DNA of 64,000 nucleotides from an uncultured Acidobacteriota bacterium. Its GTDB lineage: Bacteria; Acidobacteriota; Thermoanaerobaculia; UBA5066. Of this stretch, positions 52,128-61,959 are shown in pieces; position 1 is the first letter of the stretch, and the number at the start of each line of letters is the position of its first letter. The translations under genes and the position numbers were made by a program. A model generated the notes under the pieces. It saw nothing but the letters and a program-made list of their open reading frames with translations, ran no database searches and was not told where the DNA came from. Location: assembly GCA_903845115.1 (NCBI GenBank), contig CAIMWE010000082.1, positions 48,935 to 112,934 of the forward strand, given 5' to 3'.

Positions 52128-53834
52128 TCATACGGGCCGCCGGCCCGCGCGGCGGTGCCCGGAACGGCGCCGGACGGGACGGACGTCCTCGGGCATCTCG
52201 GGGTCCGGCGGGAGCTGCGTCCCAGGGGCGCAGGCTTCCACCGGAGCGAGACCGAAGGCTTCCCGGATCCAGAAGGTGAAGCCCGGCTCGGCCGTTCGCG
52301 GCCGTCCCGGCGGCTCGAGGACGGGGACCGGCCCGGTAGGCGGCGAGAAGGGCTCGAACGGGGCCGTGGGCGGAGCGGGGAGCTGCTCCAGGCGCGGAGC
52401 GGGCGCCTCTGCCGCCGCGATGACGGCCGGCGGCGGGACCGGCGGCGAAGGGGCCGGCGGAATCGGTGGAGGCTCCGCCAGCCTGACCGCGGGAACAGGC
52501 TCGGGCACGGCCGCAGCTGCCGGGGCTGCAGGTACAGCTGCCGGTAACGGTGCAGGTGCAGGTGCAGGCGCCGGTGGCGGTGCAGGTGTGAGTGCCGGGC
52601 GCGCCGCGACGGGCGGGGCGGACTTCCCTCGCTGCGGCACCAGCGGGAGATAGAGCGAGTCGTCGGCGAAAGCGACCGGGATCTTCTGCCCGATCAGCTT
52701 CTGGATCGCGTCGAGGGAGAAGACGTAGTCGTCGCAGGCGAGCGAGATCGCCTTCCCCGAGGCGCCCGCGCGGGCGGTCCGCCCGATCCGGTGGACGTAG
52801 TCCTCCGGGTCCTGGGGCAAGTCGACGTTGATGACGTGGGTGACGCCGTCGATGTGGAGGCCGCGGGAGGCGACGTCGGTGGCGACGAGGAGAGGGAGCC
52901 TCCCGGCCTTGAAGTCGGCGATGATCTTCAGCCGCTTGGCCTGCGGGAGGTCGCCGGAGATCACCCCGATGTTGTGGCCGTGCCGCTGCAGGACGTTGAC
53001 CAGGCGCTCCGCGAACCGCTTCGTGTTCACGAAGAGCATGATCCGGCCCTCGCCCTCGCGGGCCAGGATCCCGAGGAGGAGCGACAGCTTCTCCCGCGTC
53101 GCCACGTGGTAGATCTCCTGCGTGACGCGGTCGGCGGTCAGCTGCTCGGGGCGGATCTCGATCTTCTGGGCGTCGTTCAGGTGCTCCCACGAGAGCTCCA
53201 TGACCCTGGGCGAGAGCGTGGCCGAGAAGAGCATCGAGTGACGCTGGCGCGGCGGCGGGCACTGCCGGAGGATCCGCCGGAGGTCCACGATGAAGCCCAT
53301 GTCGAACAGCCGGTCGGCCTCGTCGATCACCAGTGATTCGACCCCGCGGAACGAGGTCGCCCCCTGCTGCTCGTAGTCCAGGAGGCGCCCGGGGGTGCCG
53401 ATCAGGAGGTCGCACCCGGCCCGGAGCTGGTCGCGCTGCTTGCCGTAGTCGATCCCGCCGTAGACGGTCGCGATGCGCGCGTTCACGAAGTGCCCGAGGG
53501 CCCTCGCGTCGTCCTGGATCTGGACCGCCAGCTCGCGGGTCGGCGCGACGATCAGGGCACGCGGCGCCCCGGGCGGACGGTCCGTCCAGGGGGACGGGGA
53601 GCAGAGGCGCGTCAGGATCGAGATCAGGTAGGCGGCGGTCTTCCCCGTCCCGGTCTGCGCCTGGCCCGCCACGTCCCTCCCGTCGAGGAGGAGCGGAAGC
53701 GTCGCGGCCTGCACCGGCGTCGCCCGGACGAAGCCGCACGCCGCGATCCCGGCGCGGACAGCGTGCGGGAGGTCGAGGTCGGAGAAGAAGAGGTCCGAGA
53801 GGTGGTCGGCTGGTTCCGTGGGCGGTGAGGTCAT
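52128..53834 (-). CDS. DEAD-box RNA helicase (RhlB-like) with Pro/Ala-rich tail
   Basis: AQTGTGKT, PTRELA, TPGRL, DEAD, SAT, SRGLH, HRIGRTARAG. Confidence 0.93.
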   Translation of the reverse strand: MTSPPTEPADHLSDLFFSDLDLPHAVRAGIAACGFVRATPVQAATLPLLLDGRDVAGQAQTGTGKTAAYLISILTRLCSPSPWTDRPPGAPRALIVAPTRELAVQIQDDARALGHFVNARIATVYGGIDYGKQRDQLRAGCDLLIGTPGRLLDYEQQGATSFRGVESLVIDEADRLFDMGFIVDLRRILRQCPPPRQRHSMLFSATLSPRVMELSWEHLNDAQKIEIRPEQLTADRVTQEIYHVATREKLSLLLGILAREGEGRIMLFVNTKRFAERLVNVLQRHGHNIGVISGDLPQAKRLKIIADFKAGRLPLLVATDVASRGLHIDGVTHVINVDLPQDPEDYVHRIGRTARAGASGKAISLACDDYVFSLDAIQKLIGQKIPVAFADDSLYLPLVPQRGKSAPPVAARPALTPAPPPAPAPAPAPLPAAVPAAPAAAAVPEPVPAVRLAEPPPIPPAPSPPVPPPAVIAAAEAPAPRLEQLPAPPTAPFEPFSPPTGPVPVLEPPGRPRTAEPGFTFWIREAFGLAPVEACAPGTQLPPDPEMPEDVRPVRRRSGHRRAGRRPV

Positions 53835-53869
53835 CCACCCCGATTGTAGCGGGATATACTCCGCCGCCC

Positions 53870-55864
53870 GTGGGCCTTCTCGACACGACCAAGCGAGTGT
53901 TCCTGGGCGAGAGCCGGGATCCACTGGATCCGCACGTCTTCCACCAGCTCTCCCTGGCCGCCTTCCTCGCCTGGGTGGGCCTCGGAGCGGACGGCCTGTC
54001 GTCGTCCTGCTACGGCCCCGAGGAGCTGTTCGTGGCGCTGGGACCGCACCGCCACCTGGCGGTCTACCTCGCCGCTGCCACGGCCCTGACGATCATCGTC
54101 ATCTCGGCCTCGTACTCGCAGATCATCGAGCTCTTCCCGACGGGGGGAGGCGGCTACCTCGTCGCGACCCGGCTCCTCGGGTCCGGGGCGGGCCTCGTCT
54201 CCGGGTCGGCGCTGGTCGTGGACTACGCGATGACGATCGCCATGCAGGTGGCCGCGAGCGTCGCCGCGCTCTCCTCGCTCACCGCCGCAGGGGTTCCGCA
54301 GCACGTCCAGCTCGTCTACTCCCTCATTCTGGTCGGCGTCCTCATCTTCCTCAACGTCCGGGGCGTGAAGGAGTCGGTCCAGTTCCTCCTGCCGATCTTC
54401 GTGCTGTTCCTGGTCACCCACGTCCTGATGATCGGGTACGGGATCGGGAAGCACTTTGGCGCCATGCCGCTGCTGATGGCGGACACGGTCAAGGACACGA
54501 AGCTGACGGTCGGTCAGATCGGCCTCTTCGGGACCATCGCGCTGATGCTGAAGGCGTTCTCGATGGGAGGGGGCACCTACACCGGCCTCGAGGCCGTCTC
54601 GAACGGCCTCCAGATCCTCCGCGAGCCGCGCGTCAAGACGGGCCGGCGGACGATGACGCTGATGGCCGTCTCCCTGTCCATCACGGCGGGCGGGCTGATC
54701 CTCTGCTACCTCCTGGCGGGAGTCTTCCGGGTGCCGGGACTGACGCTGAACGCCGTCCTCGTCAAGAAGCTGTCGGGAGAGGCGTTCGGTGCGGGGGCGT
54801 TATCGTCGTCCTTCGTCTGGATGACTCTCGTCGCGGAAGGGGCGCTCCTCTTCGTCGGGGCGCAGGCCGGGTTCCTCGACGGTCCCCGCGTCTTGTCGAA
54901 CATGGCGATCGACTCCTGGATCCCCCACCGGTTCAGCCTCCTCTCCGAGCGTCTGGTCACCCAGAACGGCGTCCTCGTGATGGGCCTGGCGGCGGTCGGC
55001 ATCCTCGTCTACACCGGCGGATCGATCGACGTGATCGTCGTCATGTACTCGATCAACGTCTTTCTCACGTTCACCCTCTCGCAGCTCGGCATGTGCGTCC
55101 ACTGGTGGCAGGAGCGCCACGCTGAGCCGTCGTGGCTGAAGCGGTTCGCCATCAACGGGATCGGCCTCTCCGCCACCGCGACGATCCTCGTCATCACCGT
55201 CGTGATGAAGTTCCGGGAGGGGGGCTGGGTCACCGTCCTCATCACGAGCTCCCTCGTCGGCATCTGCGTCGTCACCCGCAAGCACTACCGCTCGATCGGT
55301 CTCCTGATGAAGCGGGCGGACGACGTCCTGACGACGCTCCCCAGGATCTCCGTCCGCCTGAGCGACACGGCCTCCGTCCCCAAGGTGGAGCCGGTCAGCC
55401 GGAGCACGCCGACGGCGGTGTTCCTCGTCTCGGGCTTCAACGGCCTGGGGATCCACTCGCTGCTGCAGGTCCAGAAGTACTTTCCGAGGTACTTCAAGAA
55501 CGCGGTCTTCCTCTCGGTCGGCGTCGTCGACTCGGCGAAGTTCAAGGGAACCGACGAGGTGGAGAACCTGAAGCGCGAGACCGAGAGCGACCTGAACAAG
55601 TACGTCGAGTACGCCCGGATGCTCGGGATGCACGCCGAGCACCACATGGCGATCGGGACCGACCTCCTCGACGAGATCGTGGAGCTGTGCCGGCTGGTGA
55701 AGACGCGATACGACCGCCCTGTCTTCTTCGCCTCGAAGCTCATCTTCCCGCAAGAGAACCTCGCGAACCGCCTCCTCCACAACCAGACCCCCTTCGCGGT
55801 CCAGCGCCGCCTCCAGTTCGAGGGGATGCAGACGGTCATCCTCCCGATCCAGGTCAGCGTCTAG
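53870..55864 (+). CDS. APC family permease (KimA/YdaO-like) with cytoplasmic C-domain
   Basis: ADGLSSSCYGPEE, P.GGGGY, TGLEAVSNG; ~12 TM. Confidence 0.88.
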   Translation: MGLLDTTKRVFLGESRDPLDPHVFHQLSLAAFLAWVGLGADGLSSSCYGPEELFVALGPHRHLAVYLAAATALTIIVISASYSQIIELFPTGGGGYLVATRLLGSGAGLVSGSALVVDYAMTIAMQVAASVAALSSLTAAGVPQHVQLVYSLILVGVLIFLNVRGVKESVQFLLPIFVLFLVTHVLMIGYGIGKHFGAMPLLMADTVKDTKLTVGQIGLFGTIALMLKAFSMGGGTYTGLEAVSNGLQILREPRVKTGRRTMTLMAVSLSITAGGLILCYLLAGVFRVPGLTLNAVLVKKLSGEAFGAGALSSSFVWMTLVAEGALLFVGAQAGFLDGPRVLSNMAIDSWIPHRFSLLSERLVTQNGVLVMGLAAVGILVYTGGSIDVIVVMYSINVFLTFTLSQLGMCVHWWQERHAEPSWLKRFAINGIGLSATATILVITVVMKFREGGWVTVLITSSLVGICVVTRKHYRSIGLLMKRADDVLTTLPRISVRLSDTASVPKVEPVSRSTPTAVFLVSGFNGLGIHSLLQVQKYFPRYFKNAVFLSVGVVDSAKFKGTDEVENLKRETESDLNKYVEYARMLGMHAEHHMAIGTDLLDEIVELCRLVKTRYDRPVFFASKLIFPQENLANRLLHNQTPFAVQRRLQFEGMQTVILPIQVSV

Positions 55865-56129
55865 CCGGGCCGGCGGGGCCCGCCTCGCCGTCGTGGGGGC
55901 CCGTCGGCAGGGGCGCCGGCTCTCCTCGCCGGACGAGGGCGACTCCAGGGGGAGCGTCTGGGAGGCTGTGAAGAAATCTCGAAGAGGTCGCGCCCCTTCC
56001 GGATTCCTTCCCAGCGTCTGAGCTAAACTCCGCGCCGAAGAAACCGGCGTCCCCGCTGCTGTCGCACCGGCTCTGCGGCAGGTTGGTCATCCGGGCGCCG
56101 TCCATTCCGGAGGATTGGAGGAGAGATCC

Positions 56130-56612
56130 ATGGCGGAACTGAAAGGTACGGCGGAACAGAACGGCGAGGGTCTGTCGCGGAGGAAGTGGATCGACGTCCT
56201 TCTCGGCTCCAGCGCCCTGGCGTGGCTCGCTGCGGTGGTCTTCCCGGTGCTGAAGTATCTGACGCCGCCGGTGGAAGAGGGCGGGGCCGGGAAGGCGACC
56301 CTCACGGACGCCCAGCGGGACGAGCTGAAGTCGAAAGGATTCCTGATCCTCCGGATCGGAACCGACCGCGTCCTCGCCATCAAGGACGGGGACGTGAAGG
56401 TGAAGGCTCTCTCCGCCAAGTGCACCCACGAGGGATGCACCGTCCAGTTCCAGGCGGCCGAGGGACTGATCTGGTGCGCGTGCCACAACGGCAAGTTCAA
56501 CCTGGACGGCCGCGTCCTCTCGGGACCGCCGCCCCGCCCGCTCGCGGCCTTCGCGGTCGCAGGCGACCTGGCGAGCTCGGTCACGATCTCGAAACCGGGA
56601 GGTGCGGCGTGA
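56130..56612 (+). CDS. Rieske 2Fe-2S subunit of a Rieske/cytochrome b complex
   Basis: Tat-like SRRKW plus TM, CTHEGC and CACHNG boxes, GPPPRPL. Confidence 0.93.
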   Translation: MAELKGTAEQNGEGLSRRKWIDVLLGSSALAWLAAVVFPVLKYLTPPVEEGGAGKATLTDAQRDELKSKGFLILRIGTDRVLAIKDGDVKVKALSAKCTHEGCTVQFQAAEGLIWCACHNGKFNLDGRVLSGPPPRPLAAFAVAGDLASSVTISKPGGAA

Positions 56613-59600
56613 GCGCGAACGGCGGCAAGCCTTCCGGCGGGTTCTTCGACTCGGGCGTGTGGAAGTTCCTGGACGAGCGGTTCCAGCTCGGGAACCTGGT
56701 CGACTTCCTCAGCCACAAGGAGATCCCGGTCAGCGCCCACTCCCAGATCTGGTACTACTTCGGCGGCGTCGCCCTCTTCTTCTTCACCGTCCAGATCGTC
56801 ACCGGCATCCTCCTCCTGATGTACTACCAGGTCGGGGAGAACACGTCCTACGAGAGCATGAAGTACCTCGTCGGGCACGTGCCGTTCGGCTGGCTGATCC
56901 GGTCGATCCACTGCTGGTCGGCGCACCTGATGACGTTCTCCGTCATCATCCACCTCCTCAGCGTCCTCTTCACGAAGGCCTACCGGAAACCGCGCGAGAT
57001 GACCTGGTACTCGGGGTTCGCCCTCCTCGGCATCGTCCTGGGCTTTGGATTTTCAGGCTACCTCCTCCCGTGGAACGAGCTGAGCTTCTTCGCGACGGCC
57101 GTCGGGACCGACTCCATGAAGTCGGTGCCGGCGATCGGACCGTGGCTCCTCAGGGTGATGCGGGGCGGCGACGAGGTGTCGGCCCAGACGCTCTACCGCT
57201 TCTTCGCGCTCCACGTCTGCATCCTCCCGCTGACGATCGCGGGCGTGATCGGGCTCCACCTCCTGCTGATCCAGCGCCAGGGGATGGCGAAGCCGCTCGC
57301 AACGCACGGCCTGGCGCCGCAGCGGGGCATGCCGTTCTTCCCGAACTTCGTCCTCCGCGACCTCCTCCTCTGGGTGATCTGCCTCGACGTCCTGGCCCTC
57401 CTGGCGGTCATGCTGCCGTACGGTCCCGGGATCCCGGGGATGGAGTGGGAGCTGGGGAGCAAGGCGAACCCGCTCAAGCCGGCCTACCCGGGGATCAAGC
57501 CCGAGTGGTACTTCCTCTGGATCTACCAGATGCTGAAGGAGTTCCCGGCGCACCTCTTCGGCATGGAAGGGCCGCAGGCCTGCCTCCTCCTGATCAACGT
57601 CATCGCCCTCGTCGCGGTCCTGATCCCGGCCCTCGACCGGAAGGCGGCGCGCGACGAGGAGAGTCCCGGCATCACCGACCTCGCGGTGGCCGGCATCCTC
57701 TTCGTCGTCCTCCTGACCCTGAAGGCGTGGGACCTCGGGGTCCACGTGCCCAAGGGGCAGGATCCTGCGGCGAACCCCGTCTTCGCGGCGACGATCGCCC
57801 GGACGGCCTCGGCGATCACGATCGCCCTGGGAGCGCTGATCAACGTCTACCGCTGGCGGCGGTTCCCGGGGACCACCTTCGTCTTCAGCTCCGCGATCTT
57901 CCTGCAGGCGGTCCTGCACGGTTTCGTCGGTGTCTCGTGGCTCCTCTCGACGGCGATCGCCGCTGCTGCCTGCGCCGCCTGGTTCGCCGTGAAGCGGTTC
58001 AGGGGAGGCGCCGCGCCGGCCGCAGTGGCGCTCCTCCTGGTCGTCCCGCCCGTCCTGACCTCGCGCGAGGCCCGCTCGGAGGAGAAACCGGCTGCCGCCG
58101 CCCCCGCCGGGGCGTCCCGGGCCGACACCGAGGGACACGTGCCCGACGCGAAGTGGCCGAAGGAGTTCCGGGAGCTCTTCGACGCGAAGGAAGCGGGGAA
58201 GCCGGTCCTCGGACCCAAGGAGCAGGAGCGGTTCCGCTCGCTGCCGGCGCACGCCCAGGAGCTGGCCTTCGAGTCGCTGAAGGCGGGAATCCTCTCCTCC
58301 GGCAAGCACCTCGGGGTCCTCCTGGCGCTCGATCTCGACAACAAGAAAATCGAGCTGATCCTCGGCGACAACTGCGTCGTCTGCCACACCAACCCTGACC
58401 TCCCCGACGAGATCCTCTTCGCCCCGCGCGGGAAGAAGGGCCCCTTCGCCCACCTCGACCTGACCGAGGTCGTCGCCGACGTCCACTTCCGGCGCGGCCT
58501 CCTCTGCTCCGGCTGCCACGGTGGCGCGCCGACGGACAAGGAGATGTCGGCCGAGATCGGGAAGCGCTGGCCGTCGTCGGAGGCGCGGAAGAAGGACCGT
58601 TCCTGGATCCCCGAGTTCTGTGCGCGCTGCCACGCCTCGAGCGAGATGATGCGGCAGTTCAACCCGAAGCTCCCGGTCGACCAGCTGGCGAAGTACAAGA
58701 CCAGCAAGCACGGGCAGCTCCTCCTGGGGAAGAAGGACTCCAAGGCCGCGCAGTGCGTCAGCTGCCACGGGGTCCACGGCATCCGCGGGCCGGAGAGCCC
58801 GCTCTCCCTCGTGAATGCCGCGAACGTCCCGGCCACCTGCGGCCGGTGCCACGGCGACGCCGAGTACATGAAGGGGTACACGCTCGACGACGGGAAGACG
58901 CCGCTCCCGACGAACCAGCTCGCGCTTTACCGCCAGAGCGTCCACGGCAGGGCGCTCCTGGAGAAGCACGACGCGGGGGCGCCGGCCTGCAACGGCTGCC
59001 ACGGCAACCACGCCGCCCTCCCTCCCGAGACGGCCGCCGTGTCGCAGGTCTGTCGGAACTGCCATGCGAACAACGCCACGATGTTCGACGGGAGCCCGCA
59101 CAAGAAGGCGTTCGAGGCCCACGGATGGCCGGAGTGCGCCACCTGCCACAACACGCACGACATCAAGCCGGCCACCGACGAGATGATCTCCTCGGCGGCC
59201 AGCGGGCTCTGCGGGAGCTGCCACGCGAAGTACGGCAAGCCGGTCTGCAACGAGACCGCCGATTTCTTCAGGATGTCGATCACCAGGGTCAAGGAGAAGA
59301 CGGCCAGTCTCGACGCCGACATCGAGCAACTCGGGGAACGGGGCTTCGACCTCGACGAGCTCCGTTTCCAGGAGGCGTCGGCCCGGGATAGCCTCCGCAA
59401 GACCCGGGGCGCGATCCACACCTTCGACCGGAGCGACTTCACCCAGAACCTCACCGCCACGTCGAAAGAGGTCGACGCGCTCTCGGCCACGATCGAGAAG
59501 CTGAAGGGGGAGTACCGGTACCGGAGGTCGGGCCTCCTCGGGGCCACCGTCCTGATCGTCCTCTTCGGCGTTCTCCTGGCGGCCAAGATCCGGCAGGTGG

Positions 59601-59626
59601 ACCGGAAGACCGGGTACAAGTCCTGA
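56609..59626 (+). CDS. Cytochrome b (b6 + subunit IV-like) fused to nine-heme cytochrome c
   Basis: Four heme b His, GY.LPW, PEWY; 9 CxxCH motifs; C-terminal TM; GTGA overlap with Rieske stop. Confidence 0.92.
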   Translation: MSANGGKPSGGFFDSGVWKFLDERFQLGNLVDFLSHKEIPVSAHSQIWYYFGGVALFFFTVQIVTGILLLMYYQVGENTSYESMKYLVGHVPFGWLIRSIHCWSAHLMTFSVIIHLLSVLFTKAYRKPREMTWYSGFALLGIVLGFGFSGYLLPWNELSFFATAVGTDSMKSVPAIGPWLLRVMRGGDEVSAQTLYRFFALHVCILPLTIAGVIGLHLLLIQRQGMAKPLATHGLAPQRGMPFFPNFVLRDLLLWVICLDVLALLAVMLPYGPGIPGMEWELGSKANPLKPAYPGIKPEWYFLWIYQMLKEFPAHLFGMEGPQACLLLINVIALVAVLIPALDRKAARDEESPGITDLAVAGILFVVLLTLKAWDLGVHVPKGQDPAANPVFAATIARTASAITIALGALINVYRWRRFPGTTFVFSSAIFLQAVLHGFVGVSWLLSTAIAAAACAAWFAVKRFRGGAAPAAVALLLVVPPVLTSREARSEEKPAAAAPAGASRADTEGHVPDAKWPKEFRELFDAKEAGKPVLGPKEQERFRSLPAHAQELAFESLKAGILSSGKHLGVLLALDLDNKKIELILGDNCVVCHTNPDLPDEILFAPRGKKGPFAHLDLTEVVADVHFRRGLLCSGCHGGAPTDKEMSAEIGKRWPSSEARKKDRSWIPEFCARCHASSEMMRQFNPKLPVDQLAKYKTSKHGQLLLGKKDSKAAQCVSCHGVHGIRGPESPLSLVNAANVPATCGRCHGDAEYMKGYTLDDGKTPLPTNQLALYRQSVHGRALLEKHDAGAPACNGCHGNHAALPPETAAVSQVCRNCHANNATMFDGSPHKKAFEAHGWPECATCHNTHDIKPATDEMISSAASGLCGSCHAKYGKPVCNETADFFRMSITRVKEKTASLDADIEQLGERGFDLDELRFQEASARDSLRKTRGAIHTFDRSDFTQNLTATSKEVDALSATIEKLKGEYRYRRSGLLGATVLIVLFGVLLAAKIRQVDRKTGYKS

Positions 59627-59680
59627 CGGCCGAAGGTCCGCGGCGAGCGGGTTTCCTTCCCTCCCCGTAGAATCGGGGGG

Positions 59681-60814
59681 ATGAGACATTTTCTCCAAGG
59701 CGCGGTCGCTCCGCTGCCGCTCCTCGTTCTGCTGCTCGCCCCGGGCTCCGCGTTCGCGCAGACCGGGACCAAGGCCAGTCCGACGGCTCCGGCCGCCGCC
59801 GCCGGAATCTCGGCCTCGGCCGGGTCCACCACCCCCCCGCCCGGCGCCAAGCCGGCGGAGATCCAGGACGTCCGCGTCCTGTCCGGGAAGGAGGAGAGCG
59901 ACCCGTACCAGTTCGAACGCCTCGGGGTCACCTTCGCCCAGAGCGGCGACCTCGGCAAGGCCCGCGACGCCTTCGAGAAGGCCTGGAAGCTGGGGGCTCT
60001 CCCGACCGCCCCGTTCAACCTCGCCTGCCTCGACGTCCGCCAGGGGAAGACCGAGTCGGCCTATAAGCAGCTGGACCGGGCCATCGCCGCCGGCTTCGAC
60101 GACGAGAAGATGCTCCTGTCGGACAAGGACCTGGAGCCGATCAGGGGGAAGCCGAAATTCCAGGGCGTCGTTGCCGCCGCACGGAAGAACGCGGCCGCCG
60201 GCGACGCGGCCGTCGTGAAGGACGCGACGTTCCTGGCCCCAAACGGCGCCGCCACCGGGATCCTCCTGCTCTTCCACGACGCTTCCTCGGATCCGCTGGC
60301 CGTGGCGAGCCCCTTCCTCGCGCAGGCCCGGGAGAAGGGCCTCTTCGTCGCCGCCCCGCGGGGCCCCGCGAGGGCGGGGAAGAACCGGTTCGGGTGGGGC
60401 AGCCCGGAGCGCGCGACGGCCGCCGCCGGCGCGGCGATCCTCGAGGCCCGCAAGAGGGCGGGGAACCTCCCGATCCTGGCAGTCGGCGTGGGGCGCGGCG
60501 GCATGGTGGCGGGGTTCCTGGCGGCGACCCAGCCCGGGCTCCTGGCCGGAGCGGCCTCCATCGGGGGCCCGTTCGACCTCGCCTGGATCCGGTCGGAGAC
60601 GTCCGTCGCCGCCATCAAGCAGACCCGCCTCTTCCTCGGGGTCTCACTCGGGGCGTCCCAGCAGGTCGTGGAAGCCTTCCGGCGGGGGCGGGAAGGCCTG
60701 AAGGCGGCCGGGGTCCAGGTCGGCTACCGGGAGTGGGTCGGGGACGGGCCCGGGCTGCCCAGGGACGTGAGGGGAGCGGTCGGCGAGGTCCTCGCCGCGC
60801 TGACCGGACGGTAG
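59681..60814 (+). CDS. Secreted TPR protein with degenerate esterase-like domain
   Basis: Signal peptide, FNLAC...G....A...L.RAI.AGF TPR, GVGRGG elbow. Confidence 0.7.
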   Translation: MRHFLQGAVAPLPLLVLLLAPGSAFAQTGTKASPTAPAAAAGISASAGSTTPPPGAKPAEIQDVRVLSGKEESDPYQFERLGVTFAQSGDLGKARDAFEKAWKLGALPTAPFNLACLDVRQGKTESAYKQLDRAIAAGFDDEKMLLSDKDLEPIRGKPKFQGVVAAARKNAAAGDAAVVKDATFLAPNGAATGILLLFHDASSDPLAVASPFLAQAREKGLFVAAPRGPARAGKNRFGWGSPERATAAAGAAILEARKRAGNLPILAVGVGRGGMVAGFLAATQPGLLAGAASIGGPFDLAWIRSETSVAAIKQTRLFLGVSLGASQQVVEAFRRGREGLKAAGVQVGYREWVGDGPGLPRDVRGAVGEVLAALTGR

Positions 60815-60822
60815 GCCGCCCG

Positions 60823-61953
60823 ATGGCCGTCGATTTCTATCGGCACTCCCTGGGAGATGAGGAGAAGTCCGCGGTGGCCGCGGTCCTCGACTCGCTCTTC
60901 CTGACGACCGGACAGACGGTCTACGACTTCGAGAGGGCCTTCGAGCAGTTCCTCGGCGTCCCGGCGGTCGTCGCGACGGTCCACTGCACGGCCTCGCTCC
61001 ACCTCGCGATGCTCGCCGCGGGAGTCGGGCCGGGCGACGAGGTGATCACGACGCCGATGACGTTCCTGTCGTCGGCGAACGCCGTGATCTATGCGGGCGG
61101 CACCCCGGTCTTCGTGGACGCCGAGCCGGACACGGCCAACATCGACGCGGCGCGCGTCGAGGCGGCGATCACTCCCCGGACGAAGGCGATCGTGGCAGTC
61201 GACCTCTACGGCCTTCCGGCAGACCTCGTCGCTCTCCGTTCGGTCGCGGACCGGCACGGGCTGGCCCTCGTCGAGGACGCCGCCCACTGCGTCGAGGGGC
61301 GGAGGGACTCCTACGGGCCGGGCCAGCTGGCCGACTTCGCCTGCTTCAGCTTCTATGCCACGAAGAACCTCACCTGCGGGGAGGGCGGGGCGATCTCGGC
61401 GCGCGACGCGGCGAGGAAGCCGCTCCTTCGTCAGCTGGGGTCGCACGGCATGTCCAGGAACGCGGCGGACCGCTACGCCGGGAAGTACGAGCACTGGGAC
61501 ATGGACCGTCTCGGCTGGAAGTACAACATGTCGAACGTCGTCGCCGCGCTGCTGGTCCCGCAGCTCCCGAAGCTGGGGGCTCGCCTGGCCCGCCGCGAGG
61601 AGATCTGCCGCCGGTACGAGGCCGCGTTCCGGGAGACGCCGGGCGTCTCGTTCCCCGTCGTCCCGGCCGGCGCCACCTCCGCCCGGCACCTCTTCACGGT
61701 CTGGGTCGAGCCGGAAAAGCGGGACGCGGTGCTCGCCGGGATCCAGTCGAGGGGAGTCGGCGTGGCGGTCAACTACCGGGCCGTCCACCTGACGAAGTTC
61801 TACCGGGAGCGGTTCGGCTTCTCTCGCGGGGATTTTCCGGCGGCCGAGCGGATCGGGGACTCGACGATCACGATCCCGCTCTGGCCCGCGATGACCGACG
61901 CCCAGGTCGACGAGGTGATCGCGGCGGTGAGAGCGGCGGTCGCGGCGGCCTGA
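60823..61953 (+). CDS. DegT/DnrJ/EryC1/StrS family aminotransferase
   Basis: GPGDEVIT, EDAAH, FSFYATKN..CGEGG, GWKYNM. Confidence 0.93.
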   Translation: MAVDFYRHSLGDEEKSAVAAVLDSLFLTTGQTVYDFERAFEQFLGVPAVVATVHCTASLHLAMLAAGVGPGDEVITTPMTFLSSANAVIYAGGTPVFVDAEPDTANIDAARVEAAITPRTKAIVAVDLYGLPADLVALRSVADRHGLALVEDAAHCVEGRRDSYGPGQLADFACFSFYATKNLTCGEGGAISARDAARKPLLRQLGSHGMSRNAADRYAGKYEHWDMDRLGWKYNMSNVVAALLVPQLPKLGARLARREEICRRYEAAFRETPGVSFPVVPAGATSARHLFTVWVEPEKRDAVLAGIQSRGVGVAVNYRAVHLTKFYRERFGFSRGDFPAAERIGDSTITIPLWPAMTDAQVDEVIAAVRAAVAAA

Positions 61954-61959
61954 CGCTCT

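Noticed and set aside
55966-55983. Rex-like operator CTGTGAAGAAATCTCGAA upstream of the Rieske gene
   Set aside because: Only the left half matches TTGTGAA-N4-TTCACAA; right half 3/7
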